The notes beneath the pieces were generated by a model that saw only the letters and a list, made by a program, of their open reading frames with translations, was not told where the DNA came from and searched no databases. A stretch of DNA of 64,000 bases from Chrysomallon squamiferum (taxonomy: Eukaryota > Animalia > Mollusca): positions 7,440,001-7,504,000 of the forward strand of contig CM022678.1 in NCBI GenBank assembly GCA_012295275.1. The letters run 5' to 3'. The position numbers and the translations under genes are program-made. Position 1 is the first letter of the stretch. Every line of letters starts with the position of its first letter. Positions 1-22,057 of this stretch are shown here, piece after piece.

Positions 1-26
1 TATGTACTGCTATATATATATATAAA

Positions 27-28
<2 letters not shown>

Positions 29-68
<40 letters not shown>

Positions 69-560
69 CTTCTGTCTGTCTTTCCATTTTTCTGTCTGTC
101 TGTCTATCTATCTGTCTATTTGTCTGTCTGTCTCTGTCTGTCTATGTTTTTCTTTATCTGTCTATGTATCTATTTGTCTGTCTGTCTGTCTGTCTGCATG
201 TATGTCTTGTCTGTCTGTTTATCTATCTATCTATCTATCTATCTATCTGTCTACCTCTCTGTCTATCTATCTATCTGTATATCTGCCTATCTACCTGTCT
301 GTCTATCTATCTATTTGTATATCTACCTATCTACCTGTCTGTCTATCTATCTATCTATCTATCTGCCTATCTATCTATCTGTCTATCTATCTATCTATCT
401 GTATATCTACCTATCTATCTGTCTGTCTGTCTGTCTATATATTTACTATTTGTATATCTGTATATCTATCTATCTGTCTCTATCTATCTATCTGTCTGTA
501 TATCTATCTACCTATCTATCTGTCTGTCTATCTATCAATCTATCTATCTATCTACCTGTG
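29..560. repeat. (GT)n and (TCTA/TCTG)n microsatellite block in an RLC intron
   Basis: Directly visible simple repeats. They are representative of dozens of (AG)n, (AT)n, (AC)n, (AAT)n, (TAG)n and (AAAT)n tracts across the window. Confidence 0.95.
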
Positions 561-618
561 AGTCTAGCTATCTATATATATATATTATATATTACACGTG
601 TAAATAAAACAGTTTTAC

Positions 619-720
619 TTTGAACTCTTGTATCTGCGCCTGGTTGAACATGGCGAACACGTTCGACGTGTAGCGCTGAGTTCTCGTCCGCTTGTTCTTC
701 TTCGTCTTCATGCTCGACAT
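619..720 (-). CDS. sqh: Myosin regulatory light chain (non-muscle/smooth type, MYL9/MYL12/sqh family), first coding exon; gene continues left of the window
   Basis: The reverse complement of 720..619 reads [34 protein letters not shown], matching the RLC N-terminus ([20 protein letters not shown]) with Thr18/Ser19. A phase-0 donor gtaaaa follows at 618. The acceptor ttttactttcag ends at 744, so the exon spans 743..619. Confidence 0.92.
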
Positions 721-777
721 CTTCAACAGCTACCACGACAACGCTGAAAGTAAAACACAGACTGTTTAGTTCAGGAG

Positions 778-890
<113 letters not shown>

Positions 891-1218
891 GACAGTTAAA
901 GAAAGAGATTAAAGTGGAAAGGATAACATTTACAAACATATATATATATGCGTGTGAGTGTCTGTATGTGTGTGTGTCTGTCCGTGTTTGTGTGTGTGTG
1001 TGTATGTCTCTAAATGAATAACAAATTAAAGTTTTCTAAACCGACTATTCGAGACTGTGATTTAAACAGTAAATCTAACAAACAAACTGATACACAGAAC
1101 TGTGATTAGCTGCTGGTTTGAAACAGTGTTTGAAAATGTCTGTCATCATATAAACTGCTATGTTTGAAATCAGGGCCAGTGTTAAAAGATATAGGGGCGT
1201 TCAGAGGGTATTTCGTTT

Positions 1219-1264
<46 letters not shown>

Positions 1265-1890
1265 GTAACATATTAAGGCTGTGACGGAGTATTTAAAAAC
1301 AAATTCAGACTTTATATTTATATTGGTATCTGATGTTAGAAATAGAAAAAAAATAACCAGTATGTTCCAGTTAAGAAACTAAAAACTTTAATTTTTGTAT
1401 TAAAATCCATGTTAGAATTGTTAGCAATTTAACACAGAGCTGCTATAGAGACGTGATCAGTCAGTTCAAATGTTGACGTTAAACAAATCAAATATTACAA
1501 ATGTCGACAGTGTGGCGTTTGTGCTTATTACATTTTTTTTTTTTCATTTTTCATTTTATTTGTTTATTATTTATTTATTCATTTATATATTTATTATTAT
1601 TATTATTATTATTATACAATCTAGACTGTATAATTATTTTTACAAAACGTTATATAACACACACCCCTCCCATAACGCCAGTGACCAAAGTCCATTCATT
1701 CATCAGTCACATCACATCTGTCATTACATGAATGTTTTGAAAACAGTATGCTAGATAAATAACATTCGTTATTGCCATATATATATATATAATGAGAGGT
1801 AAGAGTGAACATGTATTGATAACAATAATGTTAATAATAATAATACCAATAGCAAAAAAAATGAGAACAGAATCATCAAAAACAAAATCA

Positions 1891-1941
<51 letters not shown>

Positions 1942-1980
1942 TAAAAATAATAATATAAATAATAAATAATAATGATGATG

Positions 1981-2021
<41 letters not shown>

Positions 2022-3143
2022 TAATAATAACAACAACAAAAAAAAACAACATCAGCAACAACAAGAACTACGACAACAACAGCAACATCAGTAATAATTA
2101 TAATAACAACAACAACAACAACAATATTATCAATAATAATAATTATTATAAGTGCTAATGGATTTTGGGGACTGCAATGTCGGAAACCGAATTTTCTTTT
2201 TCTTCTTTTATTTCCCTCGAACAATAACTACCGTGGCGCCCACAGATATTTCCAAAAGGGATAAACGTGAAAATGAAAAATATTTAACTTAATCTCTAGC
2301 TGCCTCTAGGCTACAGCCCCTAAAAACCTTAATCTTTATCCAACACTGATTACGTTAATCAGCACCCTCTGAATCCGACATAAATAATAAAACAAATATT
2401 TCCATTATAACTTTAAATTCTTTACAGATTTGCTGTTCTGTATAATTTGCATGGTTTCTGTACAGTAAGAACTGATAAACCCATATGTTTTTAATAAAAC
2501 GCAGACACACAGATACACATTCTATCTAACCCCTGCAGTTTAACGCAATGTTTTTTTTTTTAAATGACTTGTCCTATGCATTATAAGGAAATAAATTGTA
2601 TTAGCATTACGGACGTTATTTTTCAGCACAAAAGTCCAAACTCGCCATCCAGCTAAACTGCTCCCCATTAAAACATAGGCAGCAGAAACATGACCGCGAG
2701 GAAGAGTTTTACAAAAGAAGAAGAAAAAAAAACCCACCACAAAACAATTAAACTGGCTGCAGTATCAAAGTTTACGTCATCTCCGTTTTGTGTCGACTTG
2801 ACCTTTCAGTTATAAATAGAAACCGCAACACAATATGTCAGCTTATCAGTTTTAATGCAGCAACAGAATCATTAAGTTTCGTTCTAAAGCGCGTATCAGT
2901 TTTAGAATGAATGAAAGAATGTTTGACGTTTCAAGTGTCAGTTTTAGTATCAGGCATATAATAAGATATGGTGTGGAGTTTTTTTGTAAGATTATTTTCG
3001 TTAAATAGACTTGAATTTAACGACTAAAAAGAGTTTGTCTTTTAAAGTATCTCTCTCTAGTTCTGTCATTCTCTCAGTATCTTTCTCTCTATCTCTCTCT
3101 CTAGCTCTGTCATTCTCTCAGTATCTTTCTCTCTCTTTCATTC

Positions 3144-3229
<86 letters not shown>

Positions 3230-3281
3230 ATTCTCTCAGTATCTCTCTCTCTCTCTCTCTCTAGCTCTGTCATTCTCTCAG

Positions 3282-3362
<81 letters not shown>

Positions 3363-4640
3363 CTCTATCCCTTTCTTTCTTTCCCTCCCTCCCTCCACCG
3401 AGCCAGATAGAGAAAGAGGATAGTGAACGACACATTAGTTGTTGCATGTTCAATAATAATATTCTTATCTACTCCCAACGTTTTGTGCCAAAAATACAAT
3501 GAGATATTATAAAGAAATGTATACGCGGGAAAAATAAAGAAATTTATGTAGTACAAGGGAGATAACTGTATCAGAAATGTCTGAACACTTTACGATAACA
3601 AAGATATATTCATTTAAACTAAAAAATAAAAAAAATGAAACAAGAAAGAAGGAAATAAATATAGTAATCAATTAATATTCGCATATAGAGATACAGACAC
3701 AGACAAAAACATACATGTATATACTGTACACACATACCATAAGTACATGTTCATATATAAATAGACACATACGTACATATACATATATACATACATAAAT
3801 ATATACACATAGTTATGAAAAGTGCGTACAAACGATAATAATAAGAAACGAAAAGGAAGAAAGAAATAAAATAGAAATAAAAGGAAAGGAAAAGAAAGAA
3901 TATATGAAGAAAGAAATTTGAAAGAAGTTTAGGATAAAATGAACATAAATGATTTCTACATCCATATACACTGGTTGATAATAATAATAATAATAATAAT
4001 AATAGTAATAATACATTTAAAAAATATATATATTAACCTTCAGTTATCAAGGCACCATAAGCCCCATTTTCATAAAACAAAATGCTAGAAAAAACTAGTT
4101 ATCAAACCAATTGAATAAATCCATTGTGACGTCATATGTTTATGACGTAATAAAACGATTACGTAATATATTTTATTTGCGCTTCCTTTATTTAGAAACA
4201 GATGTTAGGAACTGACGTATGAAACACACTGTGAACACGCCAGACGCATGTTACGTGAGTTTCCATAGAAACAGAAGTTAACTGTGTGCATCATTAGACT
4301 GTCACGTAGATATTCAGCCACCTTTTTAACATGCTGTGAAAAACAACTGAGAATTTGAAATACAGTTGTGCATTTGAATGTGTGTACATGTGTCTCTTTC
4401 TGTGTATGGGAGCATGTATTTCTGTTTATATATATATATATATATATATAGACTCACGCATAAACGCACGCACAAAAGATACATACATATTATATTCACT
4501 GACGCATGCACAGAGAAATACAAACACATGTTTTAAATTGTAAAATTTAGACGCATAATCACGCACAAACACATACACACATTATAGTATACATACATAC
4601 ATAATACATACATACATCATACATACATATACATATATAG

Positions 4641-4778
<138 letters not shown>

Positions 4779-5234
4779 AAGTACATTCCTTCATCATGAT
4801 TAATCAACGTATTTACTTAACATACACGTCCATGGAAATGAACTTAACATGCAAAGAATTATCCTCAGTTATTTCTATATTGTTAATCTCCGTATTATTA
4901 AAAACAAAATGGTCAAATAATAATAAATAAATAAAAATAATTTTTAAAAAAAATTCCTTCTTAGAAGTCATTTAATGTTTCCACAAGTTACAGCCCATCC
5001 CAAAGCCAAACAAACAGTCTTCTGCTCTGTTCTTATTTTTGTCTAACACGATTTTACGAAACAGCGTTTAATCAATCAGAATTAAGCGAAACTCCATCAT
5101 AAACTTATTAAACAAACACACGAAATACGCCTACGTCATTATATCTGTAACAATCGTTAATTCTAAACGCACAAACCTCTCAGATGATAACTGAAAAAAA
5201 CTTTACACCTCTTGTTCCCCTTGTTTTCCCAAGA

Positions 5235-5335
5235 TGAAGAAAAATGGCGACTGGCAGAAGGAATGGCGGTTAGGAAGGCGGGGGAGATAGCAGACGCACA
5301 TGTGATGAAACCTGACACCCTCCTGCAACAGTTCA
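5235..5335. promoter_or_regulatory. Candidate promoter between divergent RLC (-) and BBE-1 (+) genes
   Basis: Local GC/CpG-rich patch with YY1-like aaaatggcg (5241-5249), a second aatggcgg and a GC-box-like aggcgggga. Motif evidence only. Confidence 0.35.
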
Positions 5336-5341
5336 GCGAGA

Positions 5342-7010
<1,669 letters not shown>

Positions 7011-7636
7011 GTAGTAGTAGCAGTATTAGTAGTAATAATAATAGTGGTAGTAGTAGTAGCAGCAGCAGTAGTAGTAGTAGTAATAGTAGTAGTAGTAGTA
7101 GTTGTTGTAATAGTAGTTGTTGTAATAGTAGTAGTTGTAGTTGTAGTAGCAGTATTAGTAGTAATAATAATATTACTAGCAGTAATATTAATATTACTAG
7201 AAATAGAAGCAGTAGAAGTAATCGTAGAAGTAGTTGTTGTTGTACCAGTATTGAGAGTAGTAGTAGTAATAGTTCCAAATGTGAAAACAGTAATATTACT
7301 AGCAGTAATAGTAATACTAGTAATAATAGTAGTACTGAGAGTAGTAATGGTAGTAACACTAGCAGTGGAAATAGCAGTGATGTTACCAATAGTAATACTA
7401 GTTTTATATATATAGACACACACACACACGCACGCACAAAACATACATACACATTATACACACTGTCGCATGCACAGAGAAATACAAAAACACATATATT
7501 TTAAATTGTAAAATTTAGACGCATAATCACGCACAAACACATACACACATTATAGTATACAAACATACATAATACATACATACATACATACATCATAGAT
7601 ACATATAGATATATATATATACATATATATATATAC

Positions 7637-7719
<83 letters not shown>

Positions 7720-8271
7720 ATAGTAATACCAATAGTAGTTATAATAGTAATAGTAGTAGTAATTCTAGGTTCTGTAGTATAGTATTAGTAGTAGTAATAG
7801 TTGCAGTATTAACAGTAGTGGTAGTAACAGCAGCAAACGTAATAAAAGAGGTAATAGTATTACTAGTACTGCTAATTATAGTATTAGTAATAATCATAGT
7901 AATAGTAATAATACTATCAATGACAGTAGTAGTAGTAGTAATATTAGAAATAGTAGTTATTGTTTTACTAATAGTAATAACGTTGTACTGATTCTGTTAA
8001 CTAGTTATTGCAGTTATTAAAACTGCAGTAGTAGTTGTTGCTGTTGTTTTGATATGTGAGTTGCTACTGTAGTAGTACTTATTTGTCTTTCTTCTGTTAA
8101 CTTTTCTTCTTTATTTTCTCCTTCTTCTTGTCGTTGTCGTCCTCGTTATTATTATAGTTGTTACTGCTTGTTGTTGTTGTTGATATTATTAACATCTATC
8201 TCTCCCGCCAATTTCTTTTATTACCACAGTACATATTTCGCTTTGTCTCTCTCTCTCAGTATATAACTCGC

Positions 8272-8323
<52 letters not shown>

Positions 8324-8462
8324 GTCTCACTCTCTCGCTCTTTATTTCTTTCTTTCTCTCTGTCTCACTCTGTCTCTCTCACTCTTTATTTCTTTCTCTC
8401 TCTCTGTCTCACTCTCTCTTTCTTTCTCTCTCTCACTCTCTATCTCTCTCTCTCTGTCTCTT

Positions 8463-8535
<73 letters not shown>

Positions 8536-9284
8536 CTAAATATAGCACCACGTATTCAGTTTACTATAGTAGACGAAAACTACATTAACGCATTCATGCA
8601 TAGATACACAAATACACAGACACATATACAGAAACAAACACAATATGTATATGTATGTATCTGTGTGTATTGAAAAAAAGGGATTATATCATTTGAGTTT
8701 TTGTAAGTACGCACGTATAGGCCTACATGTATGTGTATGTATATACCTATGCACGTATGTATGTTTGAGAACTGAACTGTGAACTGTCACGTCTAGAACC
8801 ACGTCGTTGTGTTACAAATGCACATTCCACTGTAATTGTTTACACTGAGCTTCTCGTATTATCAGAGAAAATATCTCATACGAACAGAGTGAGATATCTC
8901 GTACACAAGCGACAAACAGGACTGCAAAAAAAAAAAAAAAAAAAAAAAAACCTACTTTGTCAAAACCTGTTTTGAAATTTTTATCTGCTTGTGAAAAAAA
9001 ATGTCCTTGACCCGAGGTAAGCAACCAACAAACAAATCATTTTTGTTTTTTTCTTTCTCCTACACTCTTTTGTCTGCAGGTATGTGTAAGTGGGTTACAT
9101 ATGACAAACAAGGACATTTTGCAAGTCAAGCGAACTCGATGTCGGGTATAAGTTTGTAAAATAAAGATATCAGTAGATGAATTCTCGAGGTGCGGAAAGT
9201 GTTTTTATTCTGTTGTACTGTGTTTTGTGAATGTGTGTTTCAGTTCGTGTCCACCCTTGACTAACTGTGCGTTAAGATTTCAGC

Positions 9285-9314
9285 ATGGGGTAAGTAGTAT
9301 TGTGTGTGCGTAGT

Positions 9315-9384
<70 letters not shown>

Positions 9385-9464
9385 ATATATGTATATATAT
9401 ATATATGTGTATATATATATATATCTATATATATATATATATATAAATATATACATATATATAC

Positions 9465-9495
<31 letters not shown>

Positions 9496-10052
9496 TATAT
9501 ATATCAGTATATCTAATCTGTATTTCTCTTTCTCTACATATTTGTATCAATTATCTACCTACCTACCTATATATATATGTGTGTGTGTGAGTGTGTGCGC
9601 GCGCGAGCGCGCACTGTTTTCCATATATAAAGTAAGATGTATTCATTACTACTACTATTATGACAAGAAAATCAACAACAACAAAAATAATACGATTTAC
9701 ATACCTAAGTTTGAAACATTTATCCCATTATCATCGTAAAAAAATCCATTCTCAGTGATATTGTTCTGACGTTATCTCATTATTGACGTAATGTTCAAGT
9801 AATGTGATGCTCTTTTGTTGTTATAGCCTTTCGAATTGTTATCGGTATTATATTTATTTATTTCTGTTGTTGTCTTTTTATGTTATTATTCTTATTGTTG
9901 TTGTTGTTTTGTTGCTGTTCTCTTCTTCTTATTATTATTACTATTATTATATTATTATTATTATTGTCATTATTATTGTTTTTGTTGTTGTTTTTGTTGT
10001 TGTTGTTGTTCTTCTTCTTATTGTTTTGTTGGCGTTCCTGTTGTTGGTGTTG

Positions 10053-10133
<81 letters not shown>

Positions 10134-10175
10134 TATTGTTATTGTTGTTCCTGCTGTTATTATTATTTTTATTAA

Positions 10176-10228
<53 letters not shown>

Positions 10229-10302
10229 TTATTATTATTTTTTTTATTATCATTATTATTATTATTATTTATTATTATTATTATTTTTATTATTATTTAT
10301 TA

Positions 10303-10345
<43 letters not shown>

Positions 10346-12536
10346 TATTATTATTTATTATTATTATTATTTTTAATTATTATTTATTATATTTATTATA
10401 TTTATTATTATTACTATTATTATCATCATCATCATCATCATCATTATCATTATTATCATTATTATTATTATCATTGCAGGACTAAAGCGATACTGGCTGC
10501 ATGCCTTTCAGCAGTGCTTGTCGGGCTATCAACATGCTCTGTCATTGACAGCCGATGTTACCCGGGTTTGTCCTGCTGGCCTGACCAGAACGAGGTAGGG
10601 AAGTTCATACGGTCTTTACAGGGCGAAACGTACCAGCCCTACGATACAGCGTACCACACCGCGAACACGTACCAGCACGTTAGATACCATCGAAACCCCG
10701 CCCTCATTGTCTACGTCACTGGGGTGAGCGACATCATAAAGTGCGTGAAGTTTGCGAACAAGCACAACATGCTGGTCACCATCAAGTCGTCCGGGCACTC
10801 GTACAACGGGCGTTCTACGCATGACGGAAGTCTCCAGATAAACATGTCCAAGATGAAGTGGAAGCGGGTGACGATCGCGTCGAACAGGAGCGAAGCAGGG
10901 GAGATAACCGTGGAGACGGGAAACACGTGGAAGGAAATATATGAAGAGGTCGGTCGTATAGTTTAGTTAATATTAACAACAGTGATAACAATAACAACAA
11001 CAACAACAACAACAATAATAATAATAATAAAGATGATGATGGTGATGATGATGATAATAATAATAATAAAGATGATGATGGTGATGATGATGATAATAAT
11101 AATAAAGATGATGATGGTGATGATGATGATAATAATAATAAAGATGATGATGATGATGATGATGATGATAATAATAATAAAGATAAAGATGATGATGATG
11201 ATGATGATAATAATAATAACAATAAAGATGATGATGATGATGATGATAATGATAAGCTATTTAACACCAACAATTTACTTTCACAACTTACAATATTTAC
11301 ATTTCTGACTGCCAGGTCCAGAAGTACGACCGCGTGGTTGTGGGCGGCAGCGCGCACACAGTGACACCTGGCGGCTTCACTCAAGGGGGAGGCCACTCTC
11401 CGATCTCCAGGTCGCTGGGCCTCGCTGTCGACAGCCTGCTTGAGGCGCAGCTCGTCACGGCAGACGGGAGACTGGTGACGGCGCGGGAAACCGAGACCGT
11501 CGTCGCCAACGAAGACGCCGACGGCGCAACGAGAGTGATCCCAAATGGAGACCTGCTGTGGGCGATCCGAGGGGGAGGCGGGGGCGTGTGGGGGGTGATC
11601 ATCAACTACACGTTCCGGCTCCACAGGCAGCCGCGGCAGATGGTGACCAGCACGCACTACTACAGCTACATCGTCAACAACGGCAACGGTGGCGTCGACG
11701 AAATCCCGGGAAAGAAGATCCTGAAAGACGTTTTCAAAGAGGTTCTCAAGCTGCCGTCGCAGTGGGGCGGCTACGTCGTGTTCAACAACTTCAAGCTGCC
11801 CTCACCGTCGAGGGGACACTGGGGTTACGTGGGCGTGGCGCTGAACCACTTCGGCGAGTGGACCGCGCCCTCGAGAGCGAAAATTGACGCGTTCGACAAG
11901 TTCCAGCCGGGGCGCGTGGGCAACACGAAAAACAAGACCTCGTTCTGGGACTACGAGAAGGGCGCCGGGGGTGACGGTGGTCAGGAGCGGACAGCCGGAC
12001 GTCCGAAAGTACCTGGTCAACGGTCTGTTCCAGAGCAACACCACGGACTTCGACTCCTGGGTGGACACGGTCACCGAGTTTTCGCTGAAACATAAAGATT
12101 TAGTGGGATGCACAGCTACGTTACTGGGAGGTACGTTACCACTACACCTCTGTTAGTTATTTGTACTGCTTACTGCAACTACTACTACTACCGCTACTAT
12201 CTGTACTACTACTACTGCTGCTAATATTACTACTACTACTACTACTGCAACTACTATTACTACTACCCTACTACTACTACTACTACTACTATTACTACAA
12301 CTACTACTACAACACTATTACTACTACCGCTACTACTATTACTACTATACTACTACTACTACTACTATAACTACTACTACTACTACTACCAGTACTTACT
12401 ACTACTACTACTACTATGACTATTCTAACACTACTACTATGACTACTACTACTACTACTACTACTATTACTACTACAACCACTACTATTACTTACTATTA
12501 TTGCTACTTCTACTACTACTACTTACTACTACTTTA

Positions 12537-12590
<54 letters not shown>

Positions 12591-12812
12591 TATCGATTCT
12601 GTCGATTCTGTATCTGTATTTCTTATTTTGTTTTGTTTTCTTGTTTATTTTATTTTATTTTGGATTGTTTTCGTTTGGATTGATTTGTTTTATATTTGTT
12701 TAATGTTTATTAATTAATTAATTTATTAATTAATTTACTTACTTACTTTTTTTAAATATTTATTACCATTCCTATTATTGTTATTTTTATTATTATTATT
12801 ATTATATTATTA

Positions 12813-12843
<31 letters not shown>

Positions 12844-13435
12844 TTTATTTAATTTTAATATATTATCATCATCATCATCGTCATCATCATCATCATCATT
12901 ATTTAATTTGTATTAATTCATTTGTCGTATTCTGTTCTATTCCACTCTATGTTATATATTTAAACTCAGTTTTGCTTTTAACATATATTTCTTTTGTTAT
13001 TCGCACATCACAGGCAAAGCTAAAGAAGAAAACGAAGCAACTTCAGTTTCCCCTAAACTCAGATCCGCTGTCGCCACCGTATCTTGCTACACCGCCTGGA
13101 CAGACGCCTCTGACGACGACGTCAACATTGAGTTAGGAAAGCAACTCAACGCAGACTTGTTAAAATACAGCGACGGGGTTTACTACAACGAGCCTGCCTA
13201 CGATCTCGACAACTGGAAGGAGGAGTTCTGGGGAGGAAATTACGACAGATTGTTCGCCATCAAACGTCAGTGGGACCCCGACAACTTCCTGTGGTGCCAC
13301 CACTGCGTCGGCTCGGACTGGGTGCCGGAAGCAAAAACGATAACGAGGCAGGAGACTGTAGGTGGCGCTGTTAACACGGCGCTGGCCTGGTCCGTCCTCT
13401 TCCTTTCGTGTTCGTTTCTGTTCGCTTTTGTTTAA
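9285..13435 (+). CDS. BBE-like FAD-linked oxidoreductase, copy 1 (FAD_binding_4 + BBE domain; signal peptide; probable GPI signal); one +1 frameshift as assembled
   Basis: Exons 9285-9289 (ATGGG|gtaagt), 10480-10948, 11316-12130 and 13014-13435, all GT-AG with matching phases. Protein features: MGTKAILAACLSAVLVGLSTCS leader, CYPGLSCWP, KSSGHSY flavinylation motif, GGFTQGGGHSP, LLWAIRGGGGG, YYNE..FWGGNYDRLFAIKRQWDPDNFLWCHHCVGS and a hydrophobic C-tail. The exons total 1711 nt (3n+1); the frame shifts near the G5 run at 11967-11971. Confidence 0.9.
9880..10475. repeat. Compound (GTT)n/(ATT)n/(TAG)n/(TCA)n microsatellite forming the 3' half of the intron before BBE-1 exon 2
   Basis: Directly visible; it runs up to the cattgcag acceptor ending at 10479. 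Confidence 0.95.
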
Positions 13436-13689
13436 AGTCTGTTAAGAGAGTACGAGAACATATCTGTGTACGAAAAGAAATTTATAGTATATAGATAGAT
13501 GTTAGAAGTGTATACATTTGTTATTTAAGTAAAATTATAATAACGGTATTTATACTTCATGCTCATATATGACAATCTGCCTCACAAACTGAAATGTAGT
13601 TTAAAATTTTACAGGCTTTTAATAGCCTAAATTGAACCCCATTTTTGGTGTCAATCGAGTTTATTATTAGTAGTAATATTATTATAATT

Positions 13690-13720
<31 letters not shown>

Positions 13721-13772
13721 TTATTACTATTATTATTATTATTATTATTGTTGTTATTATTATTATTATTAT

Positions 13773-13805
<33 letters not shown>

Positions 13806-14357
13806 CAGTAGTAGTCGTTGTTCTGTTTTCTTTTCTACATAAAACACTCATGAATATAAGATATCATTAGATGGTGCAGAGAACTACTTAATTCTTTGTT
13901 TATTTTGGAAACTTGGAAAATGATTTTAAACAGACACATCGAAATTAAATTATTCTCCAAGCAACCACGCAACAATTGCTGTTGAAGTAAAATAGGGTTT
14001 ATTTTGTATATCCTAGTTTATATTCCTATCGAAATATTAACTGATGACATGAATAAGTTAAAAAATTTGCATTTTTTATAATTATAAGTGTCAGCCAAAT
14101 AGCACAAAAAATAATAACAATAAATAAATAAATAAATAATAATAAAAAAATAAATAATAAAATAATAATATTAATGATAATAATAATAAAAAATAATATA
14201 TAATAACAATAATAATAATAATAAAATAATATTATTATTAATAATAAAAAGGATAATAAGAAGAAGAAGAAGAAAAAAGCTAATTTAAATAAAATAAAAT
14301 GAAATAAATATGACGTTGTTACGCATATCAATATCGATTATTATATAAATCGTAAAG

Positions 14358-14396
<39 letters not shown>

Positions 14397-15144
14397 CACA
14401 TACACAACTTTAGCCTACCCAAATCACACCATTCACACAATACAAGGTCTTGACAATCATATCTCTGTATTCTGTCCGTGCTAAAAACGTCAATCAGCAG
14501 CATTATGTTCTACGAGTACCAAATCACAAATAATTCAGCTTTCAGTCTCATTCAAACTTTACTGTCTCAATTCGCTAAGTTTGACCCTGCACCTGGTAAA
14601 ATTATATAACAGACTGAAATTTTCAAACAGACAACATTTGGTAAACTGTGATTTGTTCTTTAATATCCCAGCGAATTTCGCAGTGCTTGCTGTCTTTGAG
14701 TTTGGACGTTCCTGAGATCGCGTCCCGCATCTTCCGAAAATCAATCCTATTTTTGTAGTAATTATTATTATTTCTTTTTATTATTCCATTTTTATTTTTT
14801 ATTATTATTATTTTTTTTTCATTAATCGAATAATCCTTTAAAAGCCTTTACATATCACCATTATAAACTTATATAATTTAGTATTATAATAAAAAATATA
14901 TATACGTACCTTTTATATGAATATGTTATACCTCTATAAATTATTGTTCACAATTTATATTAGACAGGGAATGTGTGTTATGTGTTTTCTTTATATTTAA
15001 ATGTTTAGTAAATAAAAAAATATGTAAATAACTGCGTTGTTATTGATTTTCATTTTGTGTCTCTTTTTTTTATTGGTGTTTGTTTGTTACTTCTTTGCTT
15101 CGGTTCATCTTTTATGTAGGCCCTCAGGAATCTATATATCTGTA

Positions 15145-15238
<94 letters not shown>

Positions 15239-15289
15239 CTCTTTTTCTCCCCCCTCTCTCCTCTCTTTCTTTCTCTCCCTCTCCTCTCA

Positions 15290-15400
<111 letters not shown>

Positions 15401-15444
15401 CCTCTCTTTCTCTCCCCTCTCTCCCTCCCCTCTTTCTTTCTCCT

Positions 15445-15654
<210 letters not shown>

Positions 15655-16282
15655 AATAAATATCTTCTAATCACTGACACACATATATATACATATATAT
15701 ATATATATATACATACATACACACACACACACATACACAAATAACATAAATTCTCAAACTTACATACACACACACATACGTACATATATATACATATACC
15801 TGCATACATGCGTACATACATACATACATACATACATACATACGTCCATTCATCTATGCATACATACACATATAAACACATAAATACGTACATAAACACA
15901 CACACATGCACACACGCACGTATGTATGTACCTCACGCATCTCCCCCTTAATCGTTCGACCTCTCTCCACCTCATTATATACCACCTCTTTCTCTCGCCT
16001 CCCACTCTCAAATCACCTTTTTCAGTTTTGAATATTAAAGTTTTATAAATAATAAAGTGTTAGAACAGGTTTTGCCGGTCCCTACAACAACTTCTTGCCA
16101 CTCGTTGCACACTCCGTCATACATCGGTTAACACGTACGTCAAACCAGCCCAGATGTACAACTACGACGACTAAAAATAGCTCGGCCATTACCAGCGAAA
16201 TAATAAAAAAAAATAAAAACATAGATCCCGAATCTGACACGCCTTCAGTTTCCATCAAGCCGTTTAATTTGCAGGATTCGAT

Positions 16283-21850
<5,568 letters not shown>

Positions 21851-22026
21851 ACTGCGTAATGAACTAATTAGACTAGCAACAGCGAGAGAAACAGTGCTAG
21901 GTATATATGTAAAGACTGAGTGAATAAGATGACATTGTTAAAAAACAAAAAACAAAAACAAAAAACCACATGAAGCAGTATGGATCTACACACAAATATG
22001 CACCGATATGACGTATACGTCACGGA

Positions 22027-22057
<31 letters not shown>

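Noticed and set aside
29-623. 176-196 aa ORFs (and the many poly-L/I/Y/SL/ER/CV ORFs across the track)
   Set aside because: They are translations of di-, tri- and tetranucleotide microsatellites with no protein-like complexity.
9001-9016. ATGTCCTTGACCCGAG|gtaagc as the first coding exon of BBE-1
   Set aside because: Its phase-1 donor is incompatible with the phase-2 acceptor at 10480. The 9285 ATGGG|gt exon fits and is mirrored in copy 2. This may be a 5'UTR exon.
9836-10479. N-terminal part of the 376-aa ORF upstream of TKAILAAC
   Set aside because: Intronic microsatellite; the real exon starts at the acceptor 10479/10480.
11971-11984. gtgacggtggtcag as a micro-intron fixing the BBE-1 frameshift
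   Set aside because: 14 nt is too short for a spliceosomal intron, and its removal would not restore the frame.
10815-12113. Minus-strand ORFs over BBE exons (also 20088-20741 and 21479-21718)
   Set aside because: Antisense shadows of GC3-rich coding exons.
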